64,000 nt of DNA from positions 186,001-250,000 of the forward strand of contig NW_002060978.1 of NCBI RefSeq assembly GCF_000150275.1. Reading direction: 5' to 3'. The notes below the pieces were generated by a model. It searched no databases. It saw nothing but the letters and a program-made list of their open reading frames with translations, and had not been told where the DNA came from. Origin of the DNA: Trichoplax adhaerens (lineage: Eukaryota > Animalia > Placozoa). The translations under genes and the position numbers were made by a program. This document shows positions 51,747 to 64,000 of this stretch, one piece after another (positions within the stretch are counted from its first letter, which is position 1; each line of letters begins with the position of its first letter).

Positions 51747-52932
51747 TCAATTTCAATAGTAATTCAAGAAAGAACCTGGATTGATGTACTTTAATATGGA
51801 CAAGATTCGCGGATGATTTGAATATGACATATGAAATTAGAGCGACAGTATTTGGCAAAAATGGACAGCACCGTATTTAGTAGTCCATGACATTATACTA
51901 TACTGTACATTACGATGTGTTATTTTCCTTTGCAACTTTTGGATGGCAAAACACATCGTAATTATTGTGCGTATAAGCAAATTATTGCTATGTGCTTCGA
52001 CTGTTGGATCTTCCATGGACATTGGACGGTCGAAGTCAAGTTGAATTCTATCAACTTGTACAGTATACTGTACAGGAAAGCGTGATCAAATGTAAAGTCC
52101 TGAATCCCTTGCCCTACTGTCGACGGTGGGAATGGAGGCGGAAAGGTCCTGTGGGGTGGATTGGTTGTCGATCTGGGTTAGTGCCCAATCCATTCCATCG
52201 CTGTCAATTTCAATCGTAATTCAAGAAAGAACCTGGATTGATGTACTTTAATATGGACAAGATTCGCGGATGATTTGAACATGACATATGAAATTAGAGC
52301 GACAGTATTTGGCAAAAATGGACAGCACCGTATTTAGTAGTCCATGACATTATACTGCACTGTATAGTACTATACTGTACTTCGTGATCAATTTGGGGGC
52401 AAATTAGAGATAGTAACTGCTAGCTGTTTTAGGTTCAATTTGGATCAAGGTTTAACCCTGTTTAAATCCAAGCCTATCAGTTGAAGCCTTGAAGGGATAA
52501 TTATCGACAAGTTAAGAGGTGTGAACTGTAGTATCTTTTACTTATAGTTAAATACAGTACTGTACATGACGATGTGTTATTTTCCTTTGCAACTTTTGGA
52601 TGGCAAAGCACATCGTAATTATTATTACATTAAATGCAAAATTTAAAGAAGGGTATATCATTAATTTTCCCTATATATTTATTTATTACTATGTGCTTCG
52701 ACTTTTCTTCCATGGACATTGGACGGTCGAAGTCAAGTTGAATTGTATCAACTTGTACAGTATACAGTACAGCGTGATCGAATGTACTGTGCACTGTACA
52801 CTGTAAGAGTACAGTGTACAGTACTGAATCCTTGCCATACTGTACACTGTAGACAGTGGGAATGGAGGCGGAAAGGTCCTGTGGGTGGATTGGTGGTCGA
52901 TCTGGGTTAGTGTCCAATCCATTCCATCGCTG
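51747..52932. repeat. Tandem duplication of the YIPF5 upstream region (A-B / A-x-B')
   Basis: Block A is near-identical at 51747-51900 and 52203-52357. Block B is similar, with indels, at 51901-52203 and 52558-52932. Both copies are rich in tactgtac/gtacagta. Confidence 0.93.
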
Positions 52933-53252
52933 CCATACTGTAAGCACTTGAACGGGAGGAAAACCGCTTTTGATATGGGTTCGATGCCTTGGTCATTCGT
53001 TGTACTGTGCCAACGGTCGTTGACTTCTTCCTTTCCTCGCTCACCGACTTCTGTACTCAAGCTGGAGTAGAAGCCATCGCATAAGTCCTCGTTGAACCAC
53101 CATTAGCAAACTTGGAGGGGCAATTGCCCATTAATGTGATTGGATTAAGGTGCAACAGAAGAAGGCAAATTGAGCTAAGTTGATAACTATCTTGCATTAG
53201 TAGAAAAGAAGCGACCGGCGGTGCAGTAAAAAGCAAGGAGATCAAGCGAGCG

Positions 53253-55185
53253 ATGGCGTATCCATCAGGCGATAATAGCATCGATTTCGATCAAAGTGGA
53301 TTTTATTCTGGTCATCAAGCACCGGCTTATACGCCAGGAAATGATGCCGGCTATGGATATTATTCACCTCAAGAACAACAACAACAATATCCAAATTATG
53401 CAGGACAAATGACAGTTCCTTCTGGAAATATCGACAATAATGCCGCTCAAGTGAAGCATACCAGCTTTGATGATGAACCACCGTTGTTAGAAGGTTAGGC
53501 TACAAGCGGATTGCATGGATCGCCATCCTAAGACAATCGCATTCTATGAATATTAGTATCTTCCACTTTATGCCAACGTCGATAGTATTGCTTTTCACTA
53601 TTGTAGTTCATAGTTCTTTTCCATACATTCTGCTGACAATACAAGCACTTGTTTTTCGACAGGATGAGGTTAATAGATAGGTTAACATGAAAACAATATT
53701 CACTCATCTAGTTGTGTCTTCTTTCTATTCTTTCTCGATCGATTGGCCTGATGATAGAACTTGGAATCAACTTCCAGCATATTGTACAAAAGGTAAGTTT
53801 TACAGTCATCAGTGCACTCATAAAATCGCCTTGGAAAACTCTTTGCCAAGACTTCTCTTTGGCATGAGTAAGGCTCTACAATAGGATCGCTTTAGATAGT
53901 GACGCTTAATATGGATAGTTATGAAAATGGGGGCCGATTGCCTAGGATTGAATCTATTGCAATGGACGACTTTCTTCCATAGCTTTTTGCCATGATACCA
54001 AAATTGTAAAGAAAGTAGTAAAATGAGATAAAGTCGTACTCTATTTTATAAGAAGAGTTGACATACTATTCATCATTCCTTGTCAACTATCGTGGTTGAA
54101 ATTGATAAGTATGATTCCGATTGGTTGCCAGCACGTAAAACAGGATTCGACATCATTTTTTTTCACACTTTTCCCAAAATTACCTGATTGGATGTATACT
54201 ATACTCCCTTGAAAAGCTAATTGTCTTAATAATGTTATATTCAGTCGATCGACTTGTATTTCTAACATAAATTGATTGGTATCGATTGTGTCTGTTCTCT
54301 TTTTCATCATCAACAACAAACATAAAGACTGGTCATGTCTTAAATCCATTTCGTCATATTGAGCCTAGTATTATGGACGATACCGATATGGCTGGACCTT
54401 TAGTCTTTTGCCTGCTCTTAGGCGCTACTCTGCTTCTAGTAAGTAACCATTTGCAGCTCGTAACGAATGTCAATATTGTCTATAGCTTAAAATGGCGACA
54501 ATATCAACGTCAATGGCCGCTAATGATTGTCGTAATGTTACGTATTTTAAAATTAAAATGATCAGTCTATGCATGTCATCAATACCAACCCAATACAATA
54601 AGACATCAACGAATAGTGGTTGTATCGATGCTACTGTATGCAATTCTATCGACTAAAATTCAAGTAGAATCCATTTTAAACTACTGTTATTCCTCTTTCA
54701 TTCATTCCTGTCTACCACTATAGACTGGTAAAGTTCATTTCGGCTACATCTATGGTGTTGGCTTAATGGGTTGTATTGGATTGTACAGCGTCCTTAATTT
54801 AATGAGTACCAATGGAGTTGCCTTGGCTTGCATTGTTAGTGTTTTAGGTTATTGCTTGTTACCAATGGTTTTTCTTTCCAGCATATCATTTATAATGTCC
54901 TTAAAGTAAGTTATGGCTTGTTGATTGAATTAAGTGATCGACCACATCGAGATAACTGTTGTAATCACGATAATGGAGCCATCGCTTTAATAGTATTATA
55001 CGCCGTATTTTAATATTTCTAGGGGCACTTGGGGCATGATTCTAGGTAGTTTTACCGTTTTATGGTGTAGTCTTTCGGCAGCGAATCTCTTTGTGGTTGC
55101 GCTATCCATGGATCAACAGAGAATATTAGTGCTGTATCCATGTGCCCTGCTGTATGGTATATTCGCTCTGCTGACGGTATTTTAA
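53253..55185 (+). CDS. YIPF5: Yip1-domain family member 5 (ER-Golgi trafficking), 5 exons, 243 aa
   Basis: Exons 53253-53493, 53758-53792, 54328-54438, 54724-54905, 55023-55185, GT-AG, 732 nt in frame. Signature motifs [70 protein letters not shown]. Confidence 0.96.
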
Positions 55186-58100
55186 ACCATGTCTGGCAAG
55201 TAATCATTCTAAATCAACATGCAAGATGTACATAAGTCATAAACACTCAACAGGAAATAAAATTAAATGGTAAAAGAGACTTTGATACACTTTCGACTGT
55301 GACGACACTAGAACGAATGGATGAGGGCCAATTCTAGAGTGGAAATAGAAATATTAATCTGTAACTTGAATTGTTTGTTTTTTAATTCAATTAATGAATC
55401 AATTATAAAATCATTTGGCCAAATGAACTTTGTGCTTTGCAAATTATATAGAATAAATCGTCGATAATGACATCACATTAAAAGCCATGTCGGCTGAATT
55501 AATCATTAACCGCATCAGCGGGTATATCTATATAACAACATCACTGCAATTTAATGTTGCTTTTATCCTATCAAGCATACGAAAGGCAGCAAATAAGAAT
55601 TTACGCAAGTATTCTGCAGCATGTTTATAAGACACCAAACTCGATCTTAATCTGTTATCTAAAATAGGCATTCATTTGCCTGTAATTCGATGTTGCAAGG
55701 CAGCCTTTAATGCTGACTTGTACGTGGTGTGTCAATATGATTGAAAACTATTGCATTAAAATGACTTCTAGCTCAGTTCTTGCCGTAACACTTGATGCTT
55801 TTGATAACATCAAAACTATTAAACATTCATGGAATACGTATCTTGTCAACCGATTTAGAATACTCGTAAGTTACAATGTACATGTTGGATGCTACTTATA
55901 ATTTAAAAGCTAGTTTATCCTTTGCTTAATCGGTGATTAGACTATCAGCTTATTTGATCACGGTACAAAGGAGTTGCAGGCTTGATAGCTGTATGTTTAT
56001 TCCATGTTATAGCAGAAAATCACTACATCTCAATTTGCGGTGGAGATGGCATGCGATAGCAGAAATGTAATGCGTTGTGCTATAATATGCAACAAAATAT
56101 CCTGTTTGTCAGGATTACAACTGCTTGCAACTTATTTCGATATTTAGTATTAGCTATCCTATATACACGTTCCAATTTCTTCGCTATTACCATAATTACT
56201 GATAGTCTTGAAGCCAATCATTGCTTTCTAGCTTCGAAATCAATTAATCAATGTCATATTCGCATCATTGCCTTATACTGTAGCCATAGCATCGAAAAGT
56301 GACTAATTAGTTTGATTATCCTGATGTGCCTTTCTCATGAAGTTTTTTTAAACACAGATTCCATACCCTATCAACAGTACCTACTAAGCAGGATAGAAGA
56401 TACTGTAATTTAAAAATTCTCTGTCATCCAGTTTTTAGCCAATTCTTAATATAAGCGCACAATAAATCCAAATCTCCATAAATTGAACTCTTGTATTACT
56501 ATGCAAGATTCTGCTGAGACAATAAGCACGCGCGATACTTAGCAATTTGCTATTTAATTCAAAATTTCCGTTTGTTAAGTCTATCAACATCTGTTACCTG
56601 CTACTGTATTTACAATATCGATAGGAAGTTGCATGATTAACATTATTCATCATAGTTTGCCGTTTTAGAATGAAATGCAGAATATTGTACATAATCGTAG
56701 TACCTCGTGAGATTCAGTAAGATCAGTTGTATACATGTAACATACACATTAATGGTTAATGATAGCATTAAATTTAACCCTTTCGCTAAGGCTTAAGTGA
56801 ACAGTTCATTCATGGCTTAAGTAGTTATTATTATAGCCAATTATCATCTTAACTAGGTACAAAATAGAATTAACTATTCCGTGAATAATTATAATAAAAC
56901 CAGTTTTGCATTGATTATCATCCAAATATTGCCCATGTTTACCGGTACTTTGCAGATTGAAAAATTGAATCATTTTTATAGAGCAACTACTTAACTAATA
57001 TACAAGTTTGAAATTCTCTATCAGGCAACTTCTAATAGTAATATTCCAAGTAATTTAAAGTAGATCACACAACAAAGCTATAATGAAAGCCCAAAAATGA
57101 TGATCTTGCATATGTCTGCAAATACTTATGATCTTACTGACGCAAAGGAGAATCAATTCTTCCGTTCAGTTGTCATAAGTAATACTGATACCATCACTAG
57201 TAAATCAATATACTGCGGCAAAAAAACATGAAATGAAAATACTTCTATCTGCGAATTCTTGCTACTTTAGGCATCTGAGAATAAATTTAAGTTTTGAATT
57301 GTGGCTCAATATTATTTCTACAGTATACTATTGAAATCATTCCCAGTAGTTAAAGTAAAAAGCGTTTATTTTTAAGATTTCCTGGTTATCATCAGAGGAT
57401 TACATCTACAAAATGTTGCCGTATTGCATGGGTAACAGAGAATTAATTTTATCCCTTAAATTATTGTGATTGCTGTTGATGCCATCACAAGTAACTACAG
57501 CGAAAGACTAATAGGCAATTGAGAATTAGTTATATCACTTGAATTCTTATGAATACTGTCGATTCCATCGCTAGTAATGATACTCAAGTATAAATTACCA
57601 TTTTAAGATGATTTTAGTCTATCAAGAATTATATGTAAATCTTAATATTGAATGCTAAGGTTACTAGTCATTGCATTAGCAATTAATACCACAACATGAA
57701 CTGAACGGAAGACTATCGTAACTGTAATATCCTTGCTCCAGGCTATTTTTTTCTTTACTCTTCTATTTATAGATGTATAGAGCTTGAGGTATGATTCTAG
57801 TCAGTATGAACTTTTTATCGCGTTGCCTAAAATAAGGTATTTCATTTCTTACTGCTTGCTCTATCGATGGACTCGAGGCGACTACTAGTGCTTGTAGTGA
57901 ATACGGTTGCTATGCCCAACCAATAACTTCTTTATTCATATTTTTCTGGAAGTGTTATTAGCATCTGTTAAAAATTACTATACAGCATGCGGTCTCCTAT
58001 ATTAAGCAGAAGGCTTCTTCTAATACAACTCCTTACAGCCCGCTATTTTAAATTTATGTACCTTACTAAGTATTATGAGAGAAAGAGTTGATGAAATCCG

Positions 58101-58399
58101 TTCGTCTCCTGTTTACTATAGTCTTAAATACGACGTAGAGTGCTATGCCATGCTGTGAGTTTCCTACTTGAAAGTGAAAGGGATAACCCCTAAACGATAG
58201 CCTTGAGCAGTTTCATGAAGCTATAATTCACTATCTATGGCAACAACTAGGCATGGCTATATGTTTAATTGTCTAGTATAATTTTCAAGTAATGATAGTT
58301 GATGCTTACCGAACGAAGTCATCCCTTAGCCTGGTAGCCTGTATGGCAATAAAATTAAACTTTGATATCTTTGTGGAATTAGAAATGTGCATTAACTGT

Positions 58400-60170
58400 A
58401 GGCTCCAAATGATAGCATGTGATCGATTGCATTAGGTGTTGCACCTGTACAAGGGCCAAAGGAGATTAATCTGAATATAAATCGTAGATTTCATAGAATG
58501 AAATAAACTTATTAAAGACAATACATACTATGTCTCAGTTTAGATATTACCGTTGCCATATAAAATAAACATTTGAGGAAGCAAATATGTCCGATGGATA
58601 ATTAAATACATTTTAGAATCGGCGATATCGTTATCTACTCTACGCTACTATAACGCAAGTACACTGATATTATTCATTATAGAATTTACATTTTATTTAT
58701 TTGCCCTTACTTTAACATTATCTAACAGATGGAATGAATTGCAGCCAAATTCAGTAGTAGACGATTTAATAATTTGAAATGAGTGTCCTACCATTGGAAT
58801 ACTTTCAATCAAAATATTATCATGATTAAGTTCATTTTATGGCAAGTAAAGCTTAGAATACTCTAAATAAAATTGTCTAAATCAAATTACTAGCCTTCTA
58901 ATGGTAGCATGGGATCAATAATATGTGGAGTTTCAAAGTCAAAAAGAAGAAATCTGAATATAAATTCTAAAGTTTATCGAATGGAACAGCCTTATTAGAA
59001 AAGACAGCACATACATATTCCGCAGTTTAGATACTACCATTTTCATATTAAAATAAATATTTGATGAAGCGAATACGTTCAATTAGAGTATCAAATATAT
59101 TTTTAGAATTAGTGATGCTATGATCTACTTTACTTTACTCTATTATATTTCAAGCGTACTGATATCATACATTCTAGAATTTTCGTTTTAATAATTTGCC
59201 CTCAGTTTAACCCTATCTAACAGACAGAATAGATTACAGTCAAGTTCTTTATGGAGCAATTAATGATTTGAGATGAGTGCTCCAACGTTACGATACTTCC
59301 AATCATAATATTATCCTGATTAAGTTGTTCATTTTACTACGAGTAAAGGCTAGATAAGTCTAAATCAAATCACTAACCTTCCGACGATAGCATGTGATTA
59401 ATTATATTTGGAGTTTAAAAGTCAAAAAAGAGAAATCTGGATATAGATTCTAGGATTTATTTAATGAAACATACTTATTTTAAAGACAGTACATACATAT
59501 TCTTCAGTTTAGATATTACCGTTGTCATGTAAAGATAAATATTCGAAAAGCAAATATGTAAATTAAATTATAAAATATTCTTTTAGAATTTGCGATGCTA
59601 TTATTTATTCTACTCTACCGTATTGTATTTTGAAGTGTACTAATATTGTACATTATAGAATTTTGAATTTTCGTTATAATGATTTACATTAAGGTTAAAC
59701 ACTATCTAACAAGCGGAATCGATTATTGTCGCATTCAGCATTAGGCGATTTAATGATTTGAAATGAGTTTCCTACTATCAGGGTAGTCCCAATTATAATA
59801 TTATCCTGATTAAGTTGTTCATTTTACCGCAAGTAAAGCTTAGAATAGTCTAAACTAAATAGTCTAAATCATATCACTAGCGTTCCGATGATAGTATGTG
59901 ATTAATAATATTTGAACTTGCAGTAGTACAAAAGCCAAAAAGGAAAAATCTAAATAAAACCTAGATTTCATTTAAGGTAGCAAATACGTTAAATTAGATT
60001 ATAAAATATTCTTTTAGAATTAGCAATGCTATTATCTACTCCACTCTATTATATAATAAATTTAAGCGTATTAATACTGTATGTAATAGATTTTTCGTTA
60101 TAATAATTTGCTCTCATTTTTAATATTATCATGATTAAGCTATTTATTTTACAGCGAATAAACCTTACAA
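58400..60170. repeat. Diverged tandem repeat, ~490-bp period, about 3.5 units
   Basis: Anchor gatagcatgtgat-like at ~58411, 58902, 59385, 59890. Anchor ttaatgatttgaaatgagt-like at ~58767, 59260, 59750. Anchor atattatc.tgattaag at ~58814, 59308, 59798, 60123. The last unit is internally deleted. Confidence 0.9.
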
Positions 60171-63039
60171 CAGTAGATCTATCAAAACGGATAGTCCTTG
60201 CAGAGATAGTAAGGTAATACGCGTAGCTTTTAGGATAAATGAACACATTGTGGTATTTTTTGATTGACTTTGATAGAAACATTTAACAAACGACTCTTTT
60301 TTGATATTTTACAGTAGACCTAGCCTATAAAGTTTAATTATGGATGTTTTCCATGGGCTACTAAATTACATTATACTGTAATTTAGTAGTCCGTGATATT
60401 TTTAGCAGGAGAAGTATAGAGTAATTTATTACTCTAGACAAACTCATTTTGTCATCAACGATTAGTGATTGGCCTACGCGTATTCCCCATCAAAGCTTTT
60501 GCTGAGCGTAAAATACATTTTGTAGGTCTCTAGACACTATTAACACAGCCATAAAAGGCAAAAGTAAGGTGACAATAGTTATGAAGTAACAGACTTTAGA
60601 GTTTAGCTCTGTTCTGACACTGTTGCAGTTAATTTAATTAGTCAAGTAAACTTCAATAATTAATAACCAATAATATTTTTGCGCTGGACAGTGGTAACTA
60701 TTTCTATCAAATTCACTTTTCTTTGTAATTGACATGGATACAGTTTTGAATGAGCTATACGGTCATGCTCAATTACATGAAAGATAAAATATCAAGGTTA
60801 AACATTTAATTAATATTTTACCTAAAATGGCACGCCAGAATAAATCTATTATGCCTTATCAATATATGCCGATAAGAAGATAACCTTATAATGCAATTGA
60901 CATTTTATTTTCCACGTTAGCATATGCATTGATTTTTACGCAATTTATTTATTTAATATAAGTTGAAACCCTATGGTTAATAATTATAATCATCAAGTTT
61001 AGTTCCCTATTTTAAGTGTAAATCTAGCCAAAATCTTGCTGGGAGATAAACTAACAATTTGATTATATCTATACAGTCAGTTATATTGTAAATTTAAAGC
61101 ATTGCTTCCTTAGCTTACGTTTCATTCCTCTAGGCAATAGCAATAAGGTAAAACAAGAGTAATTGTAAACAATCATCTTACGATCAAAGAATTTAGGTGA
61201 TATAGCGAAGCCATAGCTAGGGACAGAATTGCTAGTTCTATAGTTTGCTATCGAGCATTGATTATGAAAGAAAGATTACGATTGCCAATTTTCATCATCA
61301 TCATCATCGATTTGTTACACTTAACAATTCATTGTACAATTCAAACTTTGCTTTTGCAGCTGATTATGAATGAGATTTTGTTATATTAATAAATTGGATT
61401 GAATAGAATAATGAAGATAGGGGAGTTTATCATAATTCAATTCATATTTCTAGCACTAAGCAATAAATTGATCTGAACATTTTTAATATTATCTACTCTA
61501 AATATGATAATTTAATTATTTTTTATGGCTTGAATTAGAAACACGGAATCAATAACAAATGATGCATCGCTATCCGCACTTCAACCGATATAAGGAATAC
61601 CAAAGCTTAAAATGAAATTTTCGTTTCATTTTTGCTATTCTATGCTACACAAGAAAGCGTTGAGCCATGTTAACCTTGATGATAGATTATAGATTCTAAG
61701 AATTTCTCATTTCAATGACTGAGCAGCCTTTCTTTACAGTTAAAATTTAAATATGAATTGTTGTTTATGATCCTATGCAAGAATTCAATCAGATAAAAAC
61801 GTCATCATGGTATTACTGGGGCTTCTTCTTCTTGTTCTTTTGAAAGATCTAGTAGGATGAATAAAAAAACTATTAATGAATATGCCATACTACACGTATT
61901 AATTAAGCTATTCTATATATAATATCCTTAGATAGATCAAATTATGAGATTATTAGTCTGAGAAATGTAGTTGTCTATGATCAGTAATTACAAAGAATAT
62001 TCCTTCTCTTTAATAAAGATAATATACATCAAAAAGCAACAATAATTTAATAATTCATTATAAGGAGATCAAAGGTTATCCCCAGACAACAACTTTTATT
62101 CAGCATTTCCATCTGCTGTCATTAAAGTCTGAAGCTATTGCAGATTTATTTCCGTAACTTGGATATACTGAAGAATTATTATTATGTATTGTAATCAAAA
62201 ATTCAAGATCCAGTAATCTTCTACGTCAATTTTCTTATAAGATTAAAATGGATATTAATAGTTAATGATATCGTGAAAACACTGTATTGCAACATCTTTC
62301 TGACCAAGATATCATTGATAAATGTTAACATTATTTATTTACTTTAATCAACCAAAGCAAAACTAGTTTGGGGTATAAGATAATAATATTGGTATTCAAG
62401 GCAACATTTGTTTTCCAAAGCTTCTGTCTTAGTTCTGTTTGTTTACGACGTTGAAAATATTTATTCTCAATTATCAGTCACTATAACTAATTGTGTTAGA
62501 TATCTGTAAGAGTAATTTACTGATTATTATATCTATATGTTCTAATTTTGCTCCTAAACTTTCATTAAAATCAAAACTGATAGATAAGACTTCGATAATA
62601 TTTGCATTTGGTTTCAATCTGGCAATTCGCCATTAAATAATCATATTATTTTATTGTATTCTATTAATTTGTTTTTCTTCCGGTAATTTTTGGTAGTTGT
62701 AAAATACTGCCACATAGTATTACTTTTATAACTTTAAACATTGGATAACATATTTTATTTTGTATTTTTAACTGATGCAACATAGCTTACTTTTATTTAC
62801 TTATAGTGATAAAAAAGTATTCGATTAACTCTTCTATTTTGTTGTATAAATTAGATGCAGCTGCAAAATTAAACTAAATCATAATTGATTGATAAATCTG
62901 AATGTATTTGGGGGAATTTACAGCGTATCTATCGCTCAATTCATGTAATTGTAATAAAGAACTGAATTAAATCTTGAATAAATGAACTTAGATGTGTATA
63001 TAGGCTAAATAATTCATCTTTCCTATCGCTAGCTGCATA

Positions 63040-63366
63040 TTAAATTAATTTCATTGTAAAATTGAAGGAATTTCTATTTACCCCAAAAGCTTTCAAGTTG
63101 CTTCGGGCGACAAATTCTTTAGGTAATTTATCGTCACGAAATGAACTGACTTCTGCTTCTTGGCGTTCTAAATAATGATTTAATAATTCTCCAAGATATT
63201 CCTTAGCCCAGCTTTTGGGTAATTTTAAAAGGACGTATTCATCGTCGACTTGATCATCTATTTCAGATATGGCATTATCCTTGCGCTTTTCAATCATTGC
63301 ATGCCTCGACGGATAGGCATCAATCATTATTGTCGCCATGCATAATGTAAAGACCAATAATGTGAT
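63040..63366 (-). CDS. Exon of a probable secreted prepro-peptide (neuropeptide/prohormone-like)
   Basis: Acceptor ccag before 63366, then ITLLVFTLCMATIMIDA|YP (signal-peptide-like h-region and cleavage site), a KRK basic site and an acidic spacer (EIDDQVDDE). A candidate first exon is MTETVYTCINFTT|gtaatt at ~63541-63503. A possible internal donor at AFG|gtaaat makes the 3' end uncertain. Confidence 0.6.
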   Translation of the reverse strand: MTLLVFTLCMATIMIDAYPSRHAMIEKRKDNAISEIDDQVDDEYVLLKLPKSWAKEYLGELLNHYLERQEAEVSSFRDDKLPKEFVARSNLKAFGVNRNSFNFTMKLI

Positions 63367-64000
63367 CTGGATATATTAAAAAGAAAAAAGCATTAATAAA
63401 TACAGTATATTCATTTGAATATCTGCGATATCATTTTCCCAAGCGAGCAATTATTAATCAGTGAACATGTCAACATATTCAACAGTATATATTATTAATT
63501 ACAGTAGTGAAATTGATACACGTATAAACAGTTTCAGTCATTGCTTAAAAATGTAGAATTGATATATAAACATCATTAAACATGTAGAATCATCAGCAAT
63601 AAGGTATAGTTACTGTACAAACGCAAAGACAATGAGTTTTCCTAAAGAGCGGAAATAGAATTAATTTTTTTCAGCTATAGCTCTAATATGATATAACGCT
63701 GATTTTTGTAATCAAAGAGTAATGTAGCTAACTAAAATGCTTATTATGTCATATTGAAATCAATTATTTCTCCTTAAAAATAACATTATTAACAGATTTG
63801 AAGGCTATGTGTGATATGCGTAAGAAAAGCTAGACAATTGCAAGTATAGAATATGAAAAGAAATTTAGCAATTCTCTACTACCAAGCTAAATAAATTCTT
63901 ATAAAGACATAGGAAGATTCATGGCGGTTTTATTCATTGAATTGTTAAAAACAATCTTAATACGTTATATATATGCATAGAAATTTAAGATTTTATATTC

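Noticed and set aside
1-64000. CRISPR arrays, rRNA/tRNA genes, transposase or reverse-transcriptase ORFs
   Set aside because: None seen. The repeats present lack a repeat-spacer structure and the DNA is eukaryotic.

Overview
AT-rich eukaryotic (animal) genomic DNA with short GT-AG introns, mostly about 70-300 nt. Gene content and style fit a compact early-branching metazoan such as a placozoan (inference, not proven). From left to right: (1) about 12 kb with no supportable gene; (2) a single-exon class A GPCR with non-canonical DRY/NPxxY motifs; (3) an intronless 1558-aa gene combining a J-domain-like HPD module, a glycine-rich hydrophobic segment, TPR-like repeats and an intact C-terminal patatin phospholipase; (4) a decayed paralog of that gene, which lacks about 580 central residues in frame and whose N-terminus lies on the opposite strand; (5) a 19-exon ClC-3/4/5 chloride/proton exchanger; (6) a tandem array of four 5-exon thioredoxin genes that the ORF track misses entirely, three intact and one pseudogene with TGA at the attacking cysteine; (7) a 5-exon YIPF5 gene with a duplicated, hairpin-rich upstream region; (8) a ~490-bp-period tandem repeat; (9) a probable secreted prohormone-like gene. 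Dense TACTGTAC/GTACAGTA clusters lie upstream of the two housekeeping genes. The best candidate for an undescribed system is the J-like/TPR/patatin locus. All exon boundaries were read by hand and no database searches were run.
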